Assembly (NCBI GenBank): GCA_965219575.1
Contig: OZ244779.1
Span: 1,644,769-1,708,768 of the forward strand
DNA: 64,000 nucleotides
Direction of reading: 5' to 3'
Source of the DNA: Candidatus Oxydemutatoraceae bacterium
Lineage (GTDB): Bacteria > Pseudomonadota > Gammaproteobacteria > Poriferisulfidales > Oxydemutatoraceae
This document shows, piece by piece, positions 28,201-40,200 of the stretch. The translations under genes and the position numbers were made by a program. The notes under the pieces are model-generated. The model ran no database searches and had not been told where the DNA came from. It saw nothing but the letters and a program-made list of their open reading frames with translations. The number at the start of each line of letters is the position of its first letter. Positions within the stretch are counted from its first letter, which is position 1.

Positions 28201-31200
28201 GGTTTGCACTGGCCAGTGCACCGGTATACGCCCTACCCTCTATAGAGACACCGATCAAACCGAGGTCGCGTATGCTACCTTCGATACTACCGAACAGACT
28301 TTGATCATTAACATTTCTATTGATTTGCAAATTGGATATTACAAAGCCGTTGCCGTTGAACTCGCCTCTGAATCGGGCGGCATCGGTGCCTATGGGTTGC
28401 CAGCCGGTATCGGCAGGGTCGTCGAAATCGTCCACCGTCCATGCGGCTTTATTTGTAGCATCCTCGTAGCTGGCATCGTCCAGAAAATCCAGATCTCCGG
28501 TCAATATATAATTGGCACTCGGATTGTTGCGTATGTTATCGAGGTCTTCCAAAGTATCGATTACGATCGCCGGATTGCCGTCGTCACCCAATAGCGCAGG
28601 GCGATAGCGAAGCGATAAGTTGTAGCGGTCGACACCGCCGCTTCGGCCGTCGCCACCGGGCGTGATCACTTCTATCGCAACATAAGTCGCAGTGCTTTGA
28701 CTCAGTGTTATTTCTCGGCTAACAATACCGCCGACACCGCCGGCAACGGCGGTCATCGGCTCGCTACGACCGGTCTCGTTGTACGCGTCGTCAAAGTAGA
28801 TAAAGGTGATTTGTGCATTCGGGTCGGCAGCAACGGCAACCAGACTCGCGCTCGGGGTGTCGCGTTCGACGACACCGATGTAGCTCCGATAGCGGGTGTC
28901 AAGCGGAGGAACCAGTCTGCTTCGGCGTTCCGACACACGCAGTGCGCTCAGTGCGCGTCGCGGTATCACCGCACCGCAATTCGGCAAACCGTCGCCGTCG
29001 CAAGCTCGGCTACGCCCGGTAGTATTAGCAGCGTATTTCAGAACCGGGTATTGCTCGGCATTGCCGAAATCCCAATTCGCATTGTTCCAGTTGTAATAAA
29101 CATCGCTCACATTTCCCAATTGGGCACTACCGGCCCGCAACTCGGCAGTCGTTGCCGAAGCCGAATTGCGGATTGTTGCCCCCGAACTTATGTTGTTCAC
29201 CAGCGGTCGCGACGATAGATCGGAGTTTGCATAGCTATTGATTAGCGACGCATTGGAATTGCTCAAGCGACCTATCAGGCTACCGCCGACATCCACTCTG
29301 CCGATGCCGTAGCTGTTTTGGTATAAACCACGGTTGTTCGTACCCGCTAATCCGCCGACCTCGCTACGACCGCGAACCCAACCGGTGGCATAAATGTTTC
29401 TATAGTTTGAATAGCTACTCCCGAATAATCCGCCGACATTGCTATTACCGCTAACAAAACTATCGGCATAGCTATTGTAGCCGGTTGCCGGGGTCGGTGT
29501 GAAAGCACTACGACCGACCAAGCCGCCGACCGAGTCTTGACCGCGAACGATACTCGCCGCATAGCTGTTTCCGATGATGTTCCGGTCTTCACCGACCAAG
29601 CCGCCGGCAACACTATCGCTCGCCGAACTCTGAACGGTGCATACCGCATGGCTATTTAGGATTTCACCGTCGTCGGCATTGCGTCCGACCAAGCCACCCA
29701 AGCCTCTGCTACCGCGCACTGTGCCGTGCGCATAACTGCCGATCACCGTGCCGTCGTTCATGCCGGCCAAGGTGCCGACACCGGGGTAATCGTCGGCGTG
29801 CCGATTGCCGTTGTAGTCTTCTATCTCGGCATCCACCAAACCCAGATTGCGCACCGTCCCGACACTGCCGATGACCCCGAACAAACCTTTGTGCATGGCG
29901 TTATCGTCGTTGTTGATTTGCAGATTGGCTATCGTATAGCCGTTGCCGTCGAAAGTGCCGGTGAACGGTGTGTCGGCATCGCCTATCGGTGTCCAGCCGA
30001 GGTCGGTCGCATCGCGATAGTCGTCCACCGTCCAAAGTGCTTTGAATACGGTGCTGTCGTAGCTGGCATCGTCTGCAAAATCCAAGTTGCGGGTCAATAC
30101 ATAATTCCCGTGCAGACGGTTGCGCACCGCATCGAGATCCTCCAGCGAGTCTATCGCAGTGCCGGGGCGGTAGCGCAGATAGAGCGGATATTCTACGGTC
30201 GGTTGACCGGCAACACTCGGGTTGATTTCAATGACGACATATTGGATCGTGTCTTGTTTTAGCCGAAACGGTGCACTGAGGTCGCCGCTGTCGAGCGCAT
30301 CGCCGAGTTGCCGGCGGGCGGTGCCGTCGTATAGATAGATTTTGATCTCGGCGGCACTATCGAATGCGACCGGGCGCAGACGGATCGTGTCGCGCAACGA
30401 CAATACCTCACCCGAATAATTGCTTTGTCCGACGGCAAAGCGAGGCAACAATTCACCGTCGACTATGGATAAATCCTGCAACAAGCCGAAGCGCAACTGC
30501 GGTGCTATCAGGCTCCCGCAGACCGGTAAACCGCCGACACCGGCAGCATTACAAGTGCGCGCACCGGCGATGTCCGGATTTTGTGCGTATTTGAGTGTCG
30601 GGTATTGCTCGGCATTGCCGAAATCCCAGTCGTCGCTACTCCAGCCGGTATATCGGGGAGGACTCGTTGCATCCGGTGCAATCGGCGATTGCATCTGTTC
30701 GGTGTTAAGACCGCGACCGCGTTGGCTGGCACTTCGACCACTGGTTTGTATGTTCCAATAGCTGTTTTGGACGCGACCATCGGTGTTGTCAAATCTGCTT
30801 CCCAAGAAACCGCCTATATTCGATCCGCTACCCGATACACTGCCGATAGAATAGCTATCGGCGATTAATCCGTTTGCTGCATTTTGCCACAGATTACCGA
30901 TGAAACCACCGACCGAGCTTGTGCCGATAACCGAACCGGTTGCATAGCTATTTCTAATGACGGTATTACCTACTTTATCACCTACAAAAGCACCTACGGA
31001 CCTCACACTACGACCGCTAACATGACCGGTCGCATAGCTATTTCTGATTTCACCTATTCTTTGTACACCGATGAAACCACCGCAAAAACCGTTGGCGGAG
31101 ACGTTTCCGGTCGCATGACTGTTGATAATCAAATTGGGAGCTTCTCTGTTAAGACCGGCAACACCGACTAAGCCTCCGACCCCCGTGTTCCCGGTGACAT

Positions 31201-34200
31201 CGACGGCAGCGTAGCTGTTGATAATCCGACTCGATTGAAGATGTGCACCGACCAAACCGCCGACATTATCGGTTCCGGTAACTTTACCGACCGCATAACT
31301 GCCGATGACGGTGCCTCGGTTTGAACCGACCAGTGCGCCGGTGAACTGCGTACCCTCTATATTGACAGCGGTCAAACCAAGGTTGCGTACGGTACCGGTG
31401 ATACTACCGAATAGACTGTGATCGGCACTACCGCTTCTATTAATCTGCAAATTGGATATCACGAAGCCGTTGCCGTCGAACTCGCCGCCGAATCGGGCAT
31501 CATCGGTGCCTATCGATTGCCAACCGGTATCGGCACGATCGTCGAAATCGTCCACCGTCCAGGTCGTTTTATTTGCCAAATCGTCGTAGCTGTCATCGTC
31601 TAGGAAATCCAAGTTGCGGGTCAATAGATAACGCGCGTTGCGACGGTTGCGTATGTTGTCGAGGTCTTCCAGCGAGTCTATTTCAATAACCGCGTTGCGC
31701 GACCGGTATCGCAGATACAACGGATATTCTACGGTCGGTTCGCCGTCGGCACTCGGGTTGATTTCAACGATGAGGTACCGGGGGGCATCGGTGTCCAACA
31801 GGATCGGCGCGCTGCGATTGCCACCGGCGAGAGTGTTGCCGATCTGCGTCTTGACGCCGGCAACGAACCGGAAGATTTTGATCTCGGCAGCAAGGTCGAA
31901 TGTGATCGGTTGCAAACGGATCGGATTTTCCGAAGACAATACGCGACCGCGATAACTGCCGTGATTCGACGCATGGAACGCCGGCTCCAATTCGCCGTCG
32001 ACGACGAGTATATCCTCCAATAAGCCGTAGCGGAGTTGCGGCGATATCAGGCTTCCGCAGATCGGCAACCCGTCGCTGCCGTCGGCGTTGCAACTTTGCG
32101 GTCCGTCGCTACTCGGATTAGCTCTATATTTGAGTGTCGGGTATTGCCTATCGGTGCCGAAATCCCAATCGTCGGGGTTCCAGTCGGTATATCGGAGAGG
32201 ACTCGTTGCACTCGGTGCGGTCGGCGATTGCATCTCTTCGGTGGTGAGACCGCTGCCCGCAGCACTGGTAGCTCGACCGCTGGTTTGCGTATCCCAATAG
32301 CTGTTGCGAGCGGTACCCGACCCACTTCCTATTAACCCCCCTATCGCCGACCCGATAGCGGATACATTACCGATTGCATAGCTATCGCTTATCGTGTTCG
32401 CACCCGACGACAAACCGGCAAAACCGCCCACATCGGATGCATCGCCGGCAGCAATCGCACCCGTCGCATAGCTGTTTCTAATGACGGCATTGTCCGATTT
32501 TTCACCGACAAAACCGCCTACATGCTCATTCGTAGTGACATCCGTAACACGAACACGGCCGGTCGCATAGCTATTTATGATTTCCCCGCTGCTGAATAAA
32601 CCGATAAAACCACCGGAAAGACCCTCTGCCGAAACGCTGCCGGTCGCATAACTGTTGATGACCAAATTGGGGGTCGTTCCTTCGGCAATACCGACCAAGC
32701 CTCCGACGCTAGTGTTTCCGGTGACATCGACGGCAGCGTAGCTGTTGATAATCCAACCCGAGGCTAGATGTGCGCCGACCAAACCGCCGACATGATCGGT
32801 TCCGGCAACTTCGCCGATCGCATAACTACCGATGACGGTGCCTCGGTTTGCACCGACCAGAGCACCGATATTCGTACCCTCTATATTGATATTGACATCG
32901 GTCAAACCGAGATTGCGGACAATACCGGTGATACTACCGAACAAACCTTGATTAATATTACTTCTATTGATCTGCAAATTGGATATCACGAAGCCGTTGC
33001 CGTCGAGGCTACCGCTGAAATTGTCTATCGGCTGCCAACCTTGATCGAGCGTGTCGTTAAAATCGTCCACCGTCCACGCGGCTTTATTTACCAAGTCTTT
33101 ATAGCTTTCGTTGTCTAGAAAATCCAGACTTCGGGTCAATAGATAACGCGCATTCGGGTTGTTGCGTATTCTATACAAATCCTCCAGCGAGTCTATTTCT
33201 ATGACGAGGTCTACGGGTCCGGGATCACTCACGGCATAGGATCGCGGCGGCGATATCAAAGTCCCGCAATCGGGGGCACCGGCGACATCGCAAACATTGC
33301 CGAACGGACCTGCGGTATATTTAAGTCTCGGATACTCGCTTTCGGTGCCGAAATCCCAGATCTCGTCGCTCCAGTTCTCGTAAAGACCGACGGCAGCAGT
33401 CGGCATTTGTAGTTGCATCGTTGTCCTGCCCCTAGCGTCTCCGGCACTCGCCCCGCTATCCGAGTAGCTGTCGTTAAAAATTAACGGAGGGAAACCGCTC
33501 GCCCTGGAAGATATTTGAGCACCAAGCAGATTTGTGACACCCGGCGATGAACCGGTTGCATAACTATTCTCTATCACGCCACCGTTAACCAGACCGAGTA
33601 GCTTGCCTCTGGCACCAATTCTACAGCTTTCGGTGGACGATGCTAAAGTGACATCGGCATAGCTGTTTTTAATCGTGCTCGACGGGCCGAATTGATTGCC
33701 GATCAAACCGCCGACATGACAATATCCTGCAACGGTCGTCGCTTGCACAAAACTATTGTAGATCTCTGCATAAAAATTTCTGCCGACCAAACCACCGATG
33801 TGGTGGGTAGCGTTTGCCACCGCCGGGTTGACTCGTATCTCGGAATCTACTACGAAACTGTTGCCGATGTAGGCGATGTCGTTGGAACCAAGACCATTTC
33901 TGCCGACCAAACCGCCGATATAATTATGATTACCTCCTCCTCTAGTATTACCGACCCCTTCTACGATACTTGCTATTACGCCGCTGTTCAATACCAAACC
34001 TCTGTTGTGACCGACCAACGCAGCGACCTGTACGGCAGCGGAATTGGAAGCTCTAACATCGGCATCGTTGAGGATCAGATTTTTAACCGTTCCCCGCACC
34101 CCGATCGTTCCGAACAGACCGACCGCAACCGTATCGGCATCACCCACTTTGATTTGTAAGTTGGATATCGCAAAACCGTTGCCGTCGAAGGTGCCGGTGA

Positions 34201-37200
34201 AATTGTTTATCGGTTGCCAGCCGTCGTCGCCGGCAGCACCGAAATCGTCCACCGTCCAATCGCTGTTGACCCGCCTCGTGCGATAGCTTGAGGCATCCTC
34301 AAAATCCAGATTTCTGGTTAATCTGTAGGTGCCGGTCGGGTTGTTGCGTAGCGCATCCAGGTCTTCCAGAGTGTTGATCTCTATCGGTGTTCGCGGCACA
34401 CGGTAGCTCAAACGGAAGTTATATCGGCGTTTGCGTGCCGAAGGATCCGACGGGGTGAGCTCGACGACGATGTGGTTTTCACCGTCCTCCAAAATAATTT
34501 CCTCGCTCAACTCGCCGGCACCGAACTCGGAAACCAGTGCCGTGTTATCCTCGCCACGCAAGGCGCGGAACCGCGCACCGGCATCCTGCGACCCGACAAT
34601 CAATCGGATCGTGTTGTCGGCACCGACACCGACGACATGCGTTCGGTAATCACTCAACCTGCCGTTAAAGTTTAGGCGCGGTGAAAATCTACCGGGGGAT
34701 ACGCTTAATTCGTTCAGATCATAGCTCGGTTTCGGTGCTATCAGACTGCCGCAGACCGGCAAGCCGTCGCCACCGGCATCGCTACAAGTGCGCCGACCGC
34801 TGCTATCGGGGTTTCGGGCATATTTGAGACGCGGATATTGACGGTTGGTGCCGAAATCCCAGTTGTCGGTACTCCAGCCGGTATAGCGGGTAGGGCTCGC
34901 TGCATCCGGTGCAGTCGGCGATTGCATCTGTTGTGTGTCAAGACCGCTACCTCTTTCGCTATTGCTTAGACCGCTGGTTTCTGTATTCCAATAGCTGTTT
35001 TGAACGCGACCATCGGTGCCGGCAAACCTGTTTCCCAAGAAACCGCCTATATTCGGTCCGCTTGCCGATACACTGCCTATGGAGTAACTATCGGCAATTA
35101 ATCCGTTTGTTTCGTTTTGCCATAGATTGCCGATGAAACCACCCACTTGGTTTATGCCGGTAACCGAACCGCTTGCATAGCTATTCCTAATGACGGTATT
35201 GTTTAATTTTTCACCTACAAAACCTCCGATAGCCCTAGTACCGTCGGTAGTGCTCATCACATTACCGGTTGCATAGCTATTTCTGATTTCACCCCTTCTT
35301 TGCACACCGACGAAACCACCGGAAAAACCGACTGCCGAAACGCTGCCGGTCGCATAACTGTTGATAATCAAATTGGGAGTATCGTCGGCAAGACCGACCA
35401 AACCCCCGACTGCCGTGTTTCCGGTGACATCGACGCCGGCGTAGCTGTTGATAATCCAGCCCGAACGAAGATGCGCACCGACCAAACCGCCGATGTTATT
35501 GCGTCCGTTGATCTCGCCGGTTGCATAACTGCCGATGATGGTACCTCGGTTTGCACCTGCCAGCGCACCGCTATAATTATTGCTACCGACATCTATTCTG
35601 ACATCGGTCAAACCGAGGTTGCGCACCGTGCCGGTGATACTACCGAACAGACTTTGATCGTTGTCATTTCTATTGATTTGCAAATTGGATATTACGAAGC
35701 CGTTGCCGTCGAAGGTGCCGGAGAATCGGTTAGCATCGGTGCCTATGGGTTGCCAGCCGAAGTTGGTTTGACCGTCAAAGTTCTCCGGCCTCGTCCACCA
35801 TAAAGGTCTGTTTGTTGCCGCATCTTCATAACTGGCATTATTGCCGAAGTCCAGATCTCTGAGCAGGCAATAGCTACCGTCTCGGCGGTTGCGTATTTTG
35901 TTAAGGTCTTCCAAAGTGTTGATCGGCGTGAAATTACTCAACTCCGAACACTCTCTCGTTTCAACGACATCGGCGACGACGACACGGTTGAGAATGATCG
36001 ACTGGCGCACCGTTTGACTACTCTTGACTTCTATTACGAGGTGGCGCATCGGTTCGCCGGCAGTCAGAGTCAATGCCCTGCTAGGTTCGCCGCTGGCTAG
36101 ACCGGATTGCAATAGGCTCCCGTTTGCATCGTAGATATCAATGACGGCATTGTCCTCGAAGGCGGTGGCAATCAGGCGAATCTCGGAAACCGACGCAGAT
36201 ACCCGGATGTTGCCCGAATAACTGCCACCGGTGAACGGCGGCGATAGGGTGCCGTTGACTGCCGTTAAAAACCGCAAGCCGCGACGCAATTCGGGCGCGA
36301 TCAGCGTGCCACATTCGGGGGTGTCCGGCGTGCCGCACGCCGGTTGACCGGCGAGGTCGGGGTTCGGTGCATGTTTGAGGACCGGGTATTGAGCATCGCT
36401 ACCGAAATCCCAATCGTCGGGCTCCCAACCGAAATATACCCCGTCGGTGTTACTATACTGTGCAATGCCGGTCCGTAGCTCTGCCGTTGTTTTGCCGTTG
36501 CCGCCGGCCGAGGTTGACACACCGCCGGCGATTGTATCCCAGTAACTCGCGTCGACGGTAGAAGAAACTGCGAGCCGACCGATTAATCCCCCGAGTGGAA
36601 AAGTGCTGGGAAGACTAGGTCTCACCACCCTAACCGTTGCATAACTGTTGCGTACGCTACTGTCCTGTCGCTGAAAACCGACCAACCCACCGACAGAGGC
36701 ACCGATGTTAGCAGGATTATTGAGGGAACCTTGCGCATAACTATTGACGACTTGGCTCGTATTCTCCAAACTCCCTACCAATGTTCCTGCATGATTATCA
36801 CTATTGTTTGTGGTGACATCGGCAACCGCATAACTATTGATAATCCTAGAGGCTTGTACATGACCGACCAACCCGGCAACATGAAGCATGCCGCTGGTAA
36901 TTCTACCGATGGCATAGCTGTTGATAATCAGACCGTTCTGCGACATTCGCCCGACCAAAATAGCGGAAGCACTGAGTCCCCTAGAGACATTCGAGGAACG
37001 GACTATATCCATGAACGCACCGCTGTTGATAATCTCTCCGCCTAAGTTCTCGGCAACCAAACCGCCTATTAGATTACTTGCCGTGCCGGCGGCGGTTATT
37101 TCACCCTGCACATAGCAATTAACGACCGCGCCGCTATTGATTACCGCTAGACCGGAGAGTCTTTGACTAATCGACGGCGATCCCGCTATCTCTAGACCTG

Positions 37201-40200
37201 CTATGCGGAGGTTGCGTATCACACCCGAATTGGCGGAGAATAAACCTTTGTCACCGGTTGCCGCACTATTCATTCGTAAATTGTAGAGCGTGTTGCGGTT
37301 GCCTTCGAAAGTGCCGGTGAACGGGGTGCTACGATCTCCTATCGCTCTCCAGCTGTCGTTGTCTTCAAAATCCAAGTCTCTCATCAGTTCGTAGCCGAAG
37401 CAACCGCTGTCGGGACACCCGCCGCTTAGCTCGTTTGCCGTCGCGCGCGCTCTATAACCGCTACCGGATAGCTCGTAGCGGATTGCGTTCAACGCCTCCA
37501 AATCGTAAATCTCTATCAGACCGTCGCGGTCTTTATCTACGATTGCAGTCGGTGTCTGCGCTGTTAGAGTGTTATCGTAGCCTTGCCGGTCTATATAGTA
37601 TATTTGCAGGCGGTAGCGAGCAGTGTCTACTTCGTGCGTGCCGACATCGAATGTCGCATCGGTTGCTCCGTCTATGCCGATCCAGCTATCGGCTTCACCG
37701 GTTTCGCTGAATTGCCATTGATATAGCCGACCTTGTTCGGCAATCGAGCCGACACCGTCGGCATCCGCGGCGATGACTTCCTCAAAACCCGGCGAGTGCA
37801 ATAACGAAGTGCCGTTCACGAAGGCTAAGGGAGCCAAAACCGGACTGCCGTTATCCATTTTGGCAACGACGAGCTGCTCGGAGCCAATATCGCGGTTGCC
37901 GAAGCGACCGTCGCTTATCTCCACACGCAGTGTTGCAATACGCCCGGTTTCGGTTATTGATGCCACGAAATCGCCGGCTATTGTTAGATCGAAGTCGGGT
38001 TGGTTTATGGTGATGCCGGTGTCTAGACCGTCCATCAACAGCGGCATCTGCGGTGCGGTTTGTCTCCACATGTAAGTTAAGGGAACGATCTCATCGGTGT
38101 TGCTCGCTACATTGAAGCGCACCGTTTGACCTTCTCTCACCTGCCTGTTGCTCGGATCTACCGTCACGCTCGCAGCGAAGCTACGGAGGATTTTCATACT
38201 ATAATTTCGGGCAACGATTAGCTCGGTCGACGCAGGTGTCGCATCGAGGCTGATCGATAGATCGTTATCGCTACCGGTGACCGTAATTGGGTTGGCTTCG
38301 TCGCCGACTTTTAAGACCGTGAATGTAGCATCGTTATCGCTTGCGGCAACATCCAAGCTAATCGCAGTCGGGTTGTCGCCTACCACCACATAGTAGTTGT
38401 TAATCTCGGGGGTGAACTCGGGAACCAATGTGAAGCCACCGTTGACCGCTAGGGTGACTATGCGAGCGACTTGTTGCCTTAGGGCGGTGCCGTCGACATC
38501 GCGCAGTATCGGGTATTCGGTGGTGGAACCGAAATTCCAGTCGTTGCGACTCCACAAATAAAAAGCATCGGATACCTGCTCGCCGGGCGCAACCGCTGCC
38601 TTGAGATCGGCAATGCCGCGACCACCGTCGCTCGTCGTGATACCGGCCTCGATGGTATCCCAATAGCTACGCACTACGCGACCCGAATTGATACCGACCA
38701 AGCCACCGACATCATCGCCGCTGCCGACCACCCGCCCGGCAGCATAAGCGGTGCGAACTTCGCCGCTGTTCTCGCCGATCAAACCGCCGACGCGATCGGC
38801 ACCGACGACCGAACTCAACGCATAGCACAGCTCCACCGTGCTGCCGAATTTCCTGCCGACCAAACCGCCGACTCTATCGGCACCGGAAACCTGCGGATTG
38901 ACCGCATAGCTACTGCGTATCATTCCATTGTCGGCTCTACCGACCAAACCACCGACATTGTTCACATCGTTGTCTATGCCGGGGTCGTCGCTGTTGTCTC
39001 CTACGACCGAACCCGTCGCATAGCTGAACATAATACCGCCGCCGAACGAATAACCGACTAAACCGCCGACACCGATGCCGGTGCCTCGTATATCGCCGCT
39101 CGCATAGCTGTTTTCAATTCGGTTGTTCTCGGCGGTGCCGACCAAACCACCGACATTCGAAACACCTACTACAACGACAGTCGCATAACTGTTGTTGATC
39201 GTGCCTTCGTTATTCATCCCGATTAAGCCACCGACATCGGTGTTACCGACGACCATGCCGCTCGTGAAACTACCGACGACGACGCTCCCGGTTTCGTCTA
39301 CAGTACCGATCAAACCGCCGACATTGTCGCTACCGTCAATGCCGATTTCGGTTGCCGAACAGTCGGCTAGGCGCTTGCCCGCATAAAAACCGACCAAACC
39401 GCCGACATGCGTATTGCCGGAAACCTCGATGTCGTTTGTCGTGCTGTCGGTAATCGTGTTGTCGCTATAGCCGACCAAACCGCCGACATGCGTATTGCCG
39501 GAAACCTCCATATCGTTTGTCGTGCTGTCGGTAATCGTATTGTCGCTGTAGCCGACCAAACCGCCGATGTAGTTGACCCCGCCAACCGCACCGCTTGCCG
39601 AATTATCGGTCAAGCGGAAGGTCTGCAGACTATCGGCTGCGATAACTTCTTCGGACGACGGACAACGACGGCTGCCGGTGATGCTCAAACACGCATAGCC
39701 GATCAAACCGCCGGCATAATCGCCGGCTACCAACACATCGGCACTCACATTGTTGCCGACGATAGAACCGATGGTGTAGCCGACCAACCCCCCGACATAA
39801 CCGTTGCCGTGTATGTTGCCTCTGATATCGTTGCCACCGAGGATGCGCCCGGAATTGAAACCGACCAAACCGCCGACCCGCTCACCACCCAGCACATCGG
39901 TCGATGCAAAATTATCCGATACGATGCCGAAGTTGTCGCCGATCAAACCACCGACGGTATTGCCGTCGCGTATCACCGTCGCAATCTGCTCCGCCGCCTC
40001 GCAGTTGCTCGTCGCGCGGTTATCGCGACAACGGCTTTCAAAAATACCGCCGGCAACTTGTTCCAGCAGTATATTGTTGTTGACCACGGTGCCTCTGTTG
40101 ACGGCAACCAACCCTCCGACGGTTCCGACACTGCCGATTACACGACCACGCACGACATTAACATTACTCACGATGCCTTCGTTGACGGCAACCAAAGCAC

